Origin: an uncultured Gemmatimonadales bacterium
Lineage (GTDB): Bacteria; Gemmatimonadota; Gemmatimonadetes; Gemmatimonadales; Gemmatimonadaceae
Assembly: GCA_963701965.1 (NCBI GenBank)
Contig: OY969695.1
Location: forward strand, 4,928,001-4,992,000
Direction: 5' to 3'
Length of the DNA: 64,000 bases
In this document: one piece after another, positions 41,416 to 51,621 of the stretch
How positions within the stretch are numbered: position 1 is the stretch's first letter
How the letters are laid out: the number at the start of each line of letters is the position of its first letter
The notes under the pieces: model-generated
What the model saw: the letters and a program-made list of their open reading frames with translations, nothing else
Database searches by the model: none
Told to the model about the DNA's origin: nothing
Translations under genes and position numbers: made by a program

Positions 41416-42804
41416 GTGCCTCGCCTCACGCTGTCATCGTCCGCCGTCCGCCGCGCGCTGCCCCCGCGGGCGCGGCAGCGATACCCCGGTGAGTTTCTCG
41501 CGCTCCTGGCCAGCGATCACCTGGCCCTGTTTCGCCGCCTGTCGGAGCGGCACGACGTGGCGCGCACCTGTATCGGTCCGCAGCGGCTCGCGCTCCTCAG
41601 CCATCCCGACGACATCCAGCGGCTGCTGGTGACCGACCAGCGGGCGTTCGCCAAAGGGCGGGCGCTCGATCGGGTCAAGCTGTTGCTCGGCGAAGGACTG
41701 CTGACCAACGAGGGCGCGAGCCATCTCCGCCAGCGCCGACTCATCCAGCCCGCGTTCCATCGCGAACGCATCGCGGGCTACGGCGCGATCATGGCTGACT
41801 ACGCCGCGCGGACGACGACCAGTTGGCGGGACGGCGCGGCCCTCGACGTACACGAGGCGATGATGACGCTCACGCGCGACATCGCCGGGAAAACGCTGTT
41901 CGATCTCGACGTCGGCAATGATCCGGGGGGCGTCAGTGACGCTATTACGCTCTCGCTCCGCCTCTATCGGTGGGCCGTGCTGCCGTTCGGCGAGCTCACG
42001 GAGTACATGCCGCTGCCCTTTGTGCGACGCGTGCAACGGGCGCGGGCCCGACTCAATGACTGGCTCGCGGCCACGATCCAGGAGCGGCGCCGCGCGCAGG
42101 TGGATCGCGGCGACCTCCTCTCCATGCTGATCCGGACCCGCGACGAGGAGACCGACAGCGAAGGCATGACGGACAAGCAACTCCGCGACGAGGTCGTGAC
42201 GTTGTTCGTCGCGGGACACGAGACCACGGCGGTCGCGCTGAGCTGGACGTGGTACCTGCTGTCGCAACATCCGGCGGTCGAGGCCACGCTGCACGCGGAG
42301 CTCGACCGGGTGCTGGGCGGTGCCCGGCCCGGAGTGGACGACGTTCCCCGGCTGCCGTACACCCGAATGGTGCTGGCCGAGGCGTTCCGCCTCTATCCGC
42401 CCGCCTGGATCATGGAACGGCGGGCGCTGCGCGATGTGGAGTTTCAGGGATACCGGATCCCCGCCGGCTCCCTCGTGTTCGCCAGCCAGTACCTCGTGCA
42501 CCGCGACCGCCGCTGGTATGAGCAGCCGGATCGGTTCGATCCGGAACGCTGGCGTCCCGAGCGCGCCGGATCGCGCCCCAAGTTCTCGTACTTTCCTTTT
42601 GGCGGCGGCACGCGCGTCTGCGTCGGAGAGCAGTTCGCGTGGATGGAAGGCATCCTGATCCTGGCCACGATCGCCCAGCAGTGGCGCCTCCGCCACGAGC
42701 CAGGCCACGAAGTGGCGCTCGAACCCCTGGTCACGCTCCGCCCGAAATACGGCATGCGCATGATTTTGAACCGGCGGCTACCCGCCGCTCCAGCCTATCG
42801 ATAA
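41416..42804 (+). CDS. Cytochrome P450
   Basis: AGHETT I-helix, EAFR (ExxR), FDPERW, FGGGTRVCVG heme-Cys motif. Confidence 0.95.
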   Translation: MPRLTLSSSAVRRALPPRARQRYPGEFLALLASDHLALFRRLSERHDVARTCIGPQRLALLSHPDDIQRLLVTDQRAFAKGRALDRVKLLLGEGLLTNEGASHLRQRRLIQPAFHRERIAGYGAIMADYAARTTTSWRDGAALDVHEAMMTLTRDIAGKTLFDLDVGNDPGGVSDAITLSLRLYRWAVLPFGELTEYMPLPFVRRVQRARARLNDWLAATIQERRRAQVDRGDLLSMLIRTRDEETDSEGMTDKQLRDEVVTLFVAGHETTAVALSWTWYLLSQHPAVEATLHAELDRVLGGARPGVDDVPRLPYTRMVLAEAFRLYPPAWIMERRALRDVEFQGYRIPAGSLVFASQYLVHRDRRWYEQPDRFDPERWRPERAGSRPKFSYFPFGGGTRVCVGEQFAWMEGILILATIAQQWRLRHEPGHEVALEPLVTLRPKYGMRMILNRRLPAAPAYR

Positions 42805-42832
42805 GACTAGGATCAAGCTCAACAATCCCGCC

Positions 42833-43405
42833 TTAGCCTTCTTGCACCGTGCGCCACGCATCGACTAGTCCGCGGGGCTTGAGTTGCGCGACCAATGCGT
42901 GTTGGTCGAGCGTGTCGCCGAGCTCGCGTACCATTGCTCGAAGATCGCGTGGGTGCTTGTCGGACCCTCCGTCTCGCCAATACTCGAGCTTCCGAATGAT
43001 CACGTATTCCGGCGGAGCGACCCATACGCGCTCGTCACCGACGGAGATGCTCGTGCGCCGTGCGAAAGCCCAGTCATGCAGGGGATCGACTCCGGCTGGA
43101 TAGATGTCGGCTTTGAGGGCCGTCGCGACGTGGATCACGTTGAAATGACCATGCGCGGGCCGGCGCGCTTCGTCGGCTATCACCTCGACCGCCCGCACAT
43201 AGAACGCATCGGGATCGAACGCACCGGCGAAACGCGTCGAGTCCCGAGGCGACAACGTGATCACGAGATCAATGTCGTTGGTGAGTCGCGGTTCGCCGTA
43301 GATGGTGGCGGCGACGGCGCCCGTCACCATGTACGTCAGGCCGAGGGCGTTGAGCGGGGCGACGAAGAGCCCGATGAGGTCCGGCGATCCCTCAGGTGAC
43401 GGCAC
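42833..43405 (-). CDS. Nucleotidyltransferase, MenT1-like putative toxin
   Basis: YMVTGAVAATIYGEPRLTNDIDLVI (G...R.T.D.D motif), IIRKL and KHPRDL. Confidence 0.7.
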   Translation of the reverse strand: MPSPEGSPDLIGLFVAPLNALGLTYMVTGAVAATIYGEPRLTNDIDLVITLSPRDSTRFAGAFDPDAFYVRAVEVIADEARRPAHGHFNVIHVATALKADIYPAGVDPLHDWAFARRTSISVGDERVWVAPPEYVIIRKLEYWRDGGSDKHPRDLRAMVRELGDTLDQHALVAQLKPRGLVDAWRTVQEG

Positions 43406-43595
43406 GGAGGAAGATCTGTCGGACGCGCTCCTCGACTTCCGTGTCGCTCAAACCGGGTTCGCGAAGGCGCACACCGGCCTTGACCAGCGCCCACGCCGTT
43501 TCGCGGAGCTGATGCGCGACCGCGAGTTTCTGCCCGGGTGAAAGAGCATATCCCCGAGACGAGGCGCGATGTCCTGAATCCCCTGCATCTACCAT
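43392..43595 (-). CDS. Small helical protein (67 aa), MenA1-like putative antitoxin
   Basis: SPGQKLAVAHQLRETAWALVKAGVRLREPGLSDTEVEERVRQIF; overlaps the start of the NTase gene; start uncertain. Confidence 0.55.
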   Translation of the reverse strand: MVDAGDSGHRASSRGYALSPGQKLAVAHQLRETAWALVKAGVRLREPGLSDTEVEERVRQIFLRAVT

Positions 43596-43679
43596 ATTGT
43601 TGGGCGGCCCGGCCAGGAGCAGACGACAAAACATAACCCGGCGTTTGACTTGTCGCCGCGCGCGTGATGAGATTGCGCG

Positions 43680-46310
43680 GTGACAATCGCCGCTGATGTC
43701 GACCCGGTCGAGCTGCTGCTCGGTCTGCTGGAGTCCGTCGTCAGAGAGCGCCACCCCGAGGCCGCCGCGGCGCTCCGCGGCGAAGAGGCCGGCGGACGGC
43801 GGGACCCGCGCACGATCGGACGGGTGCTGCAGGCCCAGGGACAGTGGTTCCATCTGCTCGCCCTCGCCGAACAGTACACCGCCTTTCGGGCGCGACGTCA
43901 CGCCGAGGCGAGTGGCACCTTCACTCGCGTGATAAAGGAAGCCAAAGACCGCGGCGTGTCGCGCGAGACCGTCGAAGCCTGCGTGGCCGCGCTCCATATC
44001 GTTCCCGTGATCACCGCGCACCCGACCGAGGCCCGCCGCGTGACCGTGCTGGAAAAGCACCGGCGCATTTACGCCGCGCTCGAAGACATCTGCGAACGGC
44101 GCTGGGCGCCGGCGGAGCAAGCCAAACGCATCGACGCACTCCGCAACGAAATCGATCTCCTGTGGCTCACCGGCGAGCTCAAGCTGCAGAAGCCCACCGT
44201 CCAACAGGAGATCGACTGGGGCCTCTACTTCTTTGGGGAAACGCTGTTCGATACCGTGTCCGTGCTCCAGGACCGTCTCGCCGACGCCGTGCGCGAACAG
44301 TATCCCGACGCCGCGCCGCGCAGTGCGATGTTCCTGGAGTTCGGCTCGTGGGTGGGCGGCGACCGCGATGGGAATCCATTCGTCACCGTCGACCTCACCC
44401 GACACGCCGTCCGCGAAAACCGGCTGGCCAGCCTCCGGCGCTACGAGCAGCGCCTGACCGCGCTCCGTGGCCTACTCAGCATCTCGCAGGAGGTCTTGAG
44501 TCTCCCGTTCTGGTTCCAGCGCGCCCTCGTCCACGCGCTGGCCCAGAGCGGCGACGCCGCGCGGATCGCGGAGCGGAACCCGAACGAGCTCTTTCGCCAG
44601 TACATCTCGTTCATGCTGCGGCGCATCGCCTCGACCATCGCCCACGCCGAACGCGGATGGTCGGACACCGCCACCCCGCGGTACGAGTCCTCCGATGAGC
44701 TGCTGTCCGACCTGGGCGTCATTCAGCGCGCCCTCGAAGAGGCGCGATCAGAGGCGTTGGCCCGGTCGCTCGTGCGTCCCATCCGCCGCGAAGTCGAGGT
44801 GTTCCGGTTCTCTACGGCGCGCCTCGATCTCCGCGAGCACGCATCCCGCATCGCGAGCGCGGTGGAGGCCATCGCCGGGACGCTGCCAGCCGGAGCCAAC
44901 CGGCGACAGTGGTTGCTCGCCAAGCTGGCGACGCCACGCCCGGCAGGCGCGCCGTCGCCCACCGCCGACGCCACCCTGGGCGTCTTCACGCTCGTTCGCG
45001 AGCTGCGCGACACGGTCGACCGACACGCCTTCGGCAGCTACATCATCTCGGGCACGAGCGGCGCCGACGACCTCCTGCACGCCTATCTCCTGGCCAAGGA
45101 GGCCGGTCTCTACTCCGACGCCCTGGCCGTGGAACGGTGCACCCTGCCCATCGTGCCGCTGTTCGAGACGATCGCCGACCTCCGCGCCGCGCCCGCGATC
45201 ATGCGCGAGATCCTCGCCGTGCCGCTCGTGCGCCGCAGCGTCCGCGGTGGCTCTCAGGAAGTCATGATCGGGTACTCCGACTCCAACAAAGACGGCGGAT
45301 TTCTGACGGCGACGTGGGAGCTCAGCAAAGCGCAATCCAAGCTCACGCGCGTCGGCCAGGAGGCGGGCATCCCGATCTCGTTCTTCCACGGCCGCGGCGG
45401 CTCGGTCGGGCGCGGCGGCGCGCCGACCGGCCGTGCGATCTCGGCCCAGCCGGCTGGGTCGATCGGGTCCACCGTGCGCCTCACGGAACAGGGCGAGGTG
45501 GTGTCATTCAAATACGGCACGCGGGACGCGGCGCTCTATCAGCTGGAGCTTCTCTCCGCGAGCGTGCTCGGACACATGCTGGGTCGGGGCATGGAAGAGC
45601 CGACGTCCGAGTTCGCCGAGGCAATGGAGGCCCTGTCGGGAGCGGCGTTTGCCGCCTACCGGGGCCTCGTCGAGCACCCGGCATTCTTCCATTACTACAG
45701 CGCCGCCTCGCCGATCGAAGAGCTCGCCTGGCTCAACCTGGGCTCCCGGCCAGCGCGCCGGTCCAACGCCCGGGCGCTCACCGATCTCCGGGCCATCCCG
45801 TGGGTCTTCGCCTGGCTCCAGAACCGACACTGCGTGCCGGGCTGGTACGCCATCGGGAGCGCCGTCGGCGCGTTTTTGCAGATCCGCGGCGCCCGGGGCG
45901 AGGCGCTCCTGGGCCGGATGTTCGCCGGGTTTCCGGTGTTTCAACTGATCCTGGACGAGGCCGAAAAGACGCTTTTGCAAGTCAATGTGCCGTTGATGCG
46001 CGCCTACGCCGATCTCGTCGAGGACGACGGTGAGCGCCGGGCGATTTTGACGCTCATCGAGACGGAGCTGGCACGCACAATCGAGGGTATCCTGCGGATC
46101 ACGGGCGAGCGCGAGATCGCCGAACGGTTCCCGCGACTCCGCGAGCGCATCGCCCGGCGCCGGGCCATGCTCGATCGCGTGGCGCGGGAGCAGATCGAGC
46201 TCCTCCGCCTGGTCCGCCATACCGCCGATCCCGACCAGCGCAACGCGTACCTCTCGGCGCTGCTCAATTCGATCAACTGTATCGCCGCGGGTTTCGGGAC
46301 GACTGGATAG
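43680..46310 (+). CDS. ppc: Phosphoenolpyruvate carboxylase
   Basis: VITAHPTE, GGDRDGNP, QEVMIGYSDSNKDGG, FHGRGGSVGRGG, LRAIPWVF. Confidence 0.97.
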   Translation: MTIAADVDPVELLLGLLESVVRERHPEAAAALRGEEAGGRRDPRTIGRVLQAQGQWFHLLALAEQYTAFRARRHAEASGTFTRVIKEAKDRGVSRETVEACVAALHIVPVITAHPTEARRVTVLEKHRRIYAALEDICERRWAPAEQAKRIDALRNEIDLLWLTGELKLQKPTVQQEIDWGLYFFGETLFDTVSVLQDRLADAVREQYPDAAPRSAMFLEFGSWVGGDRDGNPFVTVDLTRHAVRENRLASLRRYEQRLTALRGLLSISQEVLSLPFWFQRALVHALAQSGDAARIAERNPNELFRQYISFMLRRIASTIAHAERGWSDTATPRYESSDELLSDLGVIQRALEEARSEALARSLVRPIRREVEVFRFSTARLDLREHASRIASAVEAIAGTLPAGANRRQWLLAKLATPRPAGAPSPTADATLGVFTLVRELRDTVDRHAFGSYIISGTSGADDLLHAYLLAKEAGLYSDALAVERCTLPIVPLFETIADLRAAPAIMREILAVPLVRRSVRGGSQEVMIGYSDSNKDGGFLTATWELSKAQSKLTRVGQEAGIPISFFHGRGGSVGRGGAPTGRAISAQPAGSIGSTVRLTEQGEVVSFKYGTRDAALYQLELLSASVLGHMLGRGMEEPTSEFAEAMEALSGAAFAAYRGLVEHPAFFHYYSAASPIEELAWLNLGSRPARRSNARALTDLRAIPWVFAWLQNRHCVPGWYAIGSAVGAFLQIRGARGEALLGRMFAGFPVFQLILDEAEKTLLQVNVPLMRAYADLVEDDGERRAILTLIETELARTIEGILRITGEREIAERFPRLRERIARRRAMLDRVAREQIELLRLVRHTADPDQRNAYLSALLNSINCIAAGFGTTG

Positions 46311-46356
46311 CTCGTACATTCCCGGCGCCCTTCGACCGGAACTTTCGGACTCCCCC

Positions 46357-47844
46357 ATGCCCCTCACGATCGCCGTCCGCCGCGCCGAGCTCGGCGCCAA
46401 TACCCCCCTCCTCGTCGTCGCGCTCCCACCCGACGCCACGCTGTCACCGCCCCTGACGGCGCTCGACGGCGCGCTTGGCGGCGCCCTTGGCCGCACCCTC
46501 GCCCGCAAGGACTTTCGCGGGGGTCGCGACGAAGCGCTGCACCTGACCGGATCGGCCAATGGACCCCAGCGGGTGTTGCTGGTCGGTCTCGGCAAGGAGA
46601 AGAACCGCGCTTTGGCCCTGCGGCGCGCGGCCACGTTGGCCGGACGCCGCGCGCACGGCATGGGCGTCGGCAGCGTGTCGTGGTTCGCCAATGCCATGAC
46701 CGAAGCGGAGATCGAACAGGTCGCCGTCGGGCTTCAGCTGGGTGCCTGGGAATACACGGATCTCAAGACTCCGCCTCCGGAGGACGAGCGCCGCGCGCCC
46801 TTGTCCAATGTGACGATCTTGCTCGGCGATCCCCAGATCACCATCGCCGACGCCGAACGCGCCGTCGCGGCGGCGCGCGCCATTGGCGATGGCTACGACA
46901 TCGCGCGCCGCGCGTCGATGATGCCGGGCAACCTGTGTACGCCGGACTACTTCGCGGACACCGCGCGGGCGATCGGCCGCCGGCACGGACTGGAAGTGGT
47001 CGTCCTCGGCCGGGCGGAGATGGAATCGCTGGCAATGGGATCGTTCCTGAGCGTTGCCCAGGGCACCACGCAGGATCCCAAGCTCATCGTGATCCAGTAC
47101 CGGGGCGCTCCCGAGACAGAGAAACCGATTGCCCTGGTGGGGAAGGGCCTGTGCTTCGATAGCGGCGGGATCTCCATCAAGCCCGCCCAAGGCATGGAGT
47201 TCATGAAGTTCGACATGTGCGGCGCCGCGGGCGTGCTCGGCGCGATGGAAGCCATCGCCGGTCTCAAGCTCGAGCTGAACGTCGTCGGATTGATCGGCAC
47301 CACCACCAACATGCCGTCCGGCGAAGCCGTCAAACCCGGCGACGTCGTCAAAGCGGCGTCCGGCAAGTCGATCGAGGTGATCAACACCGATGCCGAGGGA
47401 CGCCTGGTCCTGGCCAATGTCCTGCACTACGCCAAGCGCTACGACCCGGTGGCGATCGTCAATGCCGCCACGCTGACGGGCGCCTGTGTCATCGCCCTGG
47501 GGCACATCGCGACCGGCGTGTTCGGCACCGACCAGTCGCTGGTCGACGAGGTGCTGGCCGCGGGCACGCGGTCCGCGGAACGCGGCTGGGCCCTCCCGCT
47601 GTGGGATGAGTATCACGACCAGATCAAATCGGACGTGGCCGATCTCAAGAACACCGGCGGACGCCCGGCCGGCGCGATCACCGCGGCCAAGTTCCTCCAG
47701 GCGTTCGTGGAAGGGGTGCCCTGGGTCCATCTCGACATCGCCGGCACTGCGTATTCGGAATCGGATCTCACGGTGATACCAAAGGGCCCGACCGGGGTAC
47801 CAGTCGGCATGTTTGTCGAGTTCGCCCGCGCGAGGGTTCACTGA
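46357..47844 (+). CDS. pepA: Leucyl aminopeptidase (M17)
   Basis: VGKGLCFDSGGISIK, MKFDMCG, NTDAEGRL, WVHLDIAG. Confidence 0.95.
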   Translation: MPLTIAVRRAELGANTPLLVVALPPDATLSPPLTALDGALGGALGRTLARKDFRGGRDEALHLTGSANGPQRVLLVGLGKEKNRALALRRAATLAGRRAHGMGVGSVSWFANAMTEAEIEQVAVGLQLGAWEYTDLKTPPPEDERRAPLSNVTILLGDPQITIADAERAVAAARAIGDGYDIARRASMMPGNLCTPDYFADTARAIGRRHGLEVVVLGRAEMESLAMGSFLSVAQGTTQDPKLIVIQYRGAPETEKPIALVGKGLCFDSGGISIKPAQGMEFMKFDMCGAAGVLGAMEAIAGLKLELNVVGLIGTTTNMPSGEAVKPGDVVKAASGKSIEVINTDAEGRLVLANVLHYAKRYDPVAIVNAATLTGACVIALGHIATGVFGTDQSLVDEVLAAGTRSAERGWALPLWDEYHDQIKSDVADLKNTGGRPAGAITAAKFLQAFVEGVPWVHLDIAGTAYSESDLTVIPKGPTGVPVGMFVEFARARVH

Positions 47845-49812
47845 GCAGCCTCGCGCGACGCTGGTGGGCGGTGCTCGGCCTCGGCCTGATAGCCGGGGCC
47901 GTTTGTTACGCGCCCGTCTGCGCGGCGCAGCAACCCCCGGAAAGCGTCCCGCCGCCGTCGCAGCCCCCGCCGCCGCTCGACACAGGCGGGGTCGATACCT
48001 CGGGCGTCGCCCGCGGCGCGCACGCCGACTCGATCAAAGCGCTGTATCACCCGGACACGACGCGCTCCCGGGCGCCCCTGGCCCACGCGCCGGTCCCGCA
48101 GCTCCTGGAGCCGGGCGAGAACTACCGGTGGGATCGCGCCCAACTCCAATCGATGGGCATCCAGACGATGGCCGATCTCCTGTCCCGCGTCCCGGGGTTT
48201 ACCGGCTTCGCGGCGGGATGGATCTCGACACCGATGAACGGCGCCTATCTCGGCGACATCGCCCGCGTGCGCGTGTTCTACGACGGAATCGAGCTGGACG
48301 CGCTCAACAATCGACTGCGCGGCAATCAAGACTTGGCCACGATCCAACTGTGGACGCTCGAGGAAGTCACGGTCGAGCGGGGTGCATCGGAACTGCGCGT
48401 GTATTGCCGTAGCTGGCGCGCCAACCGCGTGACCCCCTACTCGCAAGCCGACGTGCTCACGGGCAACGAGTCGACGAATCTCTACCGCGCCTACTACGGC
48501 CAACGGTTCGGATCGGGTGAAGCCGTGCAGGTCGGCGCTACCCAATTCAACAACACCGGGCAGTTCGGCGGCGGCGGCTCGGAGTCGTCGATCATGGTGC
48601 GTTTGGGCTACGCGTCCGGCGGCTGGTCGATCAATGGATTCGCGATGCGCACGACGCGGGGAATGGACCAACTCCAGTCGTCGGATCCGTTTCTTCCGAC
48701 CACGTTCATCCCCGACCTCGAATCCCAGCGCACGGACGCGTATTTCCGCGTGGCCTACGGCGATCCCGACCACGGACGGCCGTGGTTCCAGGCGATCGCG
48801 TCGTCGATGGCGTTCAAGAATACGAGCCCCATCGGGACCCAGCAGCTGGTGACCGATACCACGCAGCTCTTCGTCGCGCCCACGGCGACGCAACGCATCG
48901 ACAGCGTCAGCTCGGAGTCGCAGTACGTGCTCTCCGGCGGCATGACGCTGCTCGGGCTCCACCTCAGTGCCGCGGACCGGTATCGCGTGTTCGGGAGCAT
49001 CGCGAACTACAACACGGGCGAGCTGCGCGCGAGCTTCGACAATCCGGTCCTCGGTGCCTCGTTCTTCGTGCAGCTCAATGGGTTCACCGACGGCCGGGCC
49101 GACACGTCGGCGGTGGCCTCACTGGCCCCGACGCTGTTCGACGAAGAGGAGCTCACCGTGCGATTCTCGCCGCTGCCCTTCGTGCGATTTGTCGGTACCG
49201 CGAGCCGGTGGACGCCGAAGAACCTGGTCACGAATCCCGAGCCCACGTCGACGACGGCGCGGCTGGAAGCGGGCCTCCGACTGCACCAGGGGCTGTGGCT
49301 CACGGGTGGTGTCATCCGCCAGCAGGATACCACGGTGGAGGCGGCGCCCACGGTCTACGACACCACGATGCAAGTCGCGCGCATCGGCCCGTCGACGGGC
49401 ATCGTGGCCTCGCTCCGCGGACGGCTGTGGCGTTCGATCTACGTCGACATGAGCGGCATCGACTGGAACAGCGCCCAGCCATACCGGCCACAGTACGAGG
49501 GGCGCGCCGAAGCGTATTTCCAGACCGAATGGTTGTCGCATTTCCCGCGACACACGTTCGCCATCAAGGCCGGGGGGGCGTTCGACTACCGGAGCGCGAC
49601 CATCTTTCCGGCGACGTCGGCGCCCAATGGCGCGTTCTATACGGTCGGCGACACCCGCGTGTACACCCTGCTGGCCGAGATTCGCATCCTCCAAGGCACG
49701 CTGACGTGGCAACTCCGAAATGCCAGCGGGTACCCGTACTTCCTCGTGCCCGGATACCAGAATGCCGCGGCAGGTCAATATCTATGGGTTGCGCTGGTCC
49801 TTCTGGAATTGA
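47841..49812 (+). CDS. Outer-membrane beta-barrel protein with TonB-receptor plug-like domain (apparent +1 frameshift at ~49761)
   Basis: Signal peptide; MADLLSRVPG...RVFYDGIE...LEEVTVERG plug-like; removing one A gives C-terminus MPRQVNIYGLRWSFWN*; start 47841 (CTG) or 47871. Confidence 0.7.
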
Positions 49813-49837
49813 CAAGGTCGTTGTGCCGTCATAACTT
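49809..49837 (+). promoter_or_regulatory. Sigma-70 promoter for the yicC-gmk-rpoZ operon
   Basis: TTGACA-N17-TAACTT directly upstream of yicC. Confidence 0.65.
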
Positions 49838-49843
49838 AGCCGC

Positions 49844-50737
49844 TTGGCTACTGTACGGAGCATGACCGGGTTCGGCTCGGCGGACGGTATGGTAGGGCGA
49901 GTCCGCGTGAGCGTCGAAGTACGCACCGTGAATCATCGGTTCTTCAACCCGGCCATCAAGCTCCCGCCCGCCTTCGCGGCCTGGGAAGGCGATGTGCGCG
50001 AAGCGTTGCGATCGGCGATTGCCCGCGGCCATGTCAGCGTCTCCGTGCGAACGCATCGTGACATCGCGGATTCGAGCGGCGGCGTAGATGAAAGTCGATT
50101 CGCGGCTTACGCCGCTCATCTCAAAGCCCTGCGCGACCGGTATGCGCTCGGCGGAGAGGTCGACGTCGCCACGGTGCTGCGGATGCCTGACGTCCTGGTC
50201 AGCGCGGCGTCGGATCTCGATCAGCCCGGCGGAACGGCGGAGGAGTTGGTCACCATTCTCGGGCGCGCCATCGAGGCCCTGACCGCCATGCGGGAGGCGG
50301 AGGGGGCCCGGCTGGCCAGTTACCTCACGGACCGGGTGGCGATCATTGGGGCAGCGGTAGACCGTTTGGCGGCTCGGGCCCCGGCACGGGTCATCGAACA
50401 GCACGCCCGATTACGTGCGGCTGTCGTGGCGTTGACCGACGGCGTCGCGGTCGATCCCCAGCGCCTGGCGCAGGAAATCGCGATTCTGGCGGACCGGATA
50501 GACGTGAGTGAAGAGCTGGACCGGTTTCAGGCCCACATCGCCGCGTTCCGGGATGCGCTCGGGGGGAGCCGGGATAACGACGGGGTGGGGAAGAAACTCG
50601 GGTTCCTGGTGCAGGAGCTTTTGCGTGAAGCGAACACGACCGGAAGCAAAGCCAACGATGCGGCCATGATGCACGACGTCGTGTTGATCAAGGAAGAGTT
50701 GGAACGGATCCGGGAGCAAGTGGACAACCTGGAATGA
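49844..50737 (+). CDS. yicC: YicC/YloC-family endoribonuclease
   Basis: RSMTGFG, EVRTVNHRF, GKKLGFLVQELLREANTTGSKA, REQVDNLE. Confidence 0.93.
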   Translation: MATVRSMTGFGSADGMVGRVRVSVEVRTVNHRFFNPAIKLPPAFAAWEGDVREALRSAIARGHVSVSVRTHRDIADSSGGVDESRFAAYAAHLKALRDRYALGGEVDVATVLRMPDVLVSAASDLDQPGGTAEELVTILGRAIEALTAMREAEGARLASYLTDRVAIIGAAVDRLAARAPARVIEQHARLRAAVVALTDGVAVDPQRLAQEIAILADRIDVSEELDRFQAHIAAFRDALGGSRDNDGVGKKLGFLVQELLREANTTGSKANDAAMMHDVVLIKEELERIREQVDNLE

Positions 50738-51378
50738 CGCCTTTTCCGGTGATTCTGTCGTCGCCCTCGGGCGGCGGAAAGACGACTATCCGCAAGGAGT
50801 TGCTGGCGTCGCGACCGGACGTCGGCTACTCGGTCTCGGCGACGACCCGGCGGCCCAGGGCAGCGGAGGTCGACGGGCGCGATTACTATTTCCTGACCGT
50901 CGGCGAGTTCATCGCCAGCCGGGACCGTGGCGAGTTCGCGGAGTCAGCGGAGGTCCACGGGAAGTTGTACGGCACGCTGCGGCGCGAAGTGGACCGGGTG
51001 CTGCAGGCCGGACGCCACGTGATCATGGACATCGACGTGCAGGGGGCGGCGCAGTTCGTCAAGTCGTACCCGCAGTCGGTGTTGATTTTTCTTTTGCCGC
51101 CGTCGGCGGACACGCTGTTGACGCGGCTCGAGGCACGGAAGACCGAAGACCGGTCCGATCTGATCGTGCGGCTGAACGATGCGCGCCGGGAGTTGGGTGC
51201 CGTCGGCCAGTATCATTATCTGGTTGTGAACGGCGATCTGGGACGGGCCGTGCGACAAGTGTCGGCGATCATCGAGGCCGAGTCGGCGCGGTTGGATCGG
51301 ATGCCGGATGTGGTGTCCGGCGTGGAACAGTTGATGGGCGGACTGGATCAAGAGATCGTGCGCCTCGGCGCACCTTGA
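50734..51378 (+). CDS. gmk: Guanylate kinase
   Basis: SSPSGGGKTT, SVSATTRRPR, EVDGRDYYF, DIDVQGA. Confidence 0.96.
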   Translation: MTPFPVILSSPSGGGKTTIRKELLASRPDVGYSVSATTRRPRAAEVDGRDYYFLTVGEFIASRDRGEFAESAEVHGKLYGTLRREVDRVLQAGRHVIMDIDVQGAAQFVKSYPQSVLIFLLPPSADTLLTRLEARKTEDRSDLIVRLNDARRELGAVGQYHYLVVNGDLGRAVRQVSAIIEAESARLDRMPDVVSGVEQLMGGLDQEIVRLGAP

Positions 51379-51389
51379 GGGGAGTATTG

Positions 51390-51599
51390 ATGCGAGTGTT
51401 CACACCTGGGGAAGTGGCGGCGCACGCGACGAACAAGTACCTCGGCGTGCTGGTGGCGGCGAAGTACGCGCGCGGCCTCAACGAGTTTCCGCGCGATCGC
51501 TCGTTGACGCGCGAGAAGAAACTGACCACGCGTTCGCTGGAAGAGCTGTCGGGCGGCACGATCGAGTATCGCGTCGTACCGCGCCGTCGCCCCGAGTAG
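51390..51599 (+). CDS. rpoZ: RNA polymerase omega subunit
   Basis: NKYLGVLVAAKYAR motif; gmk-rpoZ-coaBC synteny; GGAG RBS. Confidence 0.88.
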   Translation: MRVFTPGEVAAHATNKYLGVLVAAKYARGLNEFPRDRSLTREKKLTTRSLEELSGGTIEYRVVPRRRPE

Positions 51600-51621
51600 G
51601 TCTCCGGGACGAAGGCCCGCC

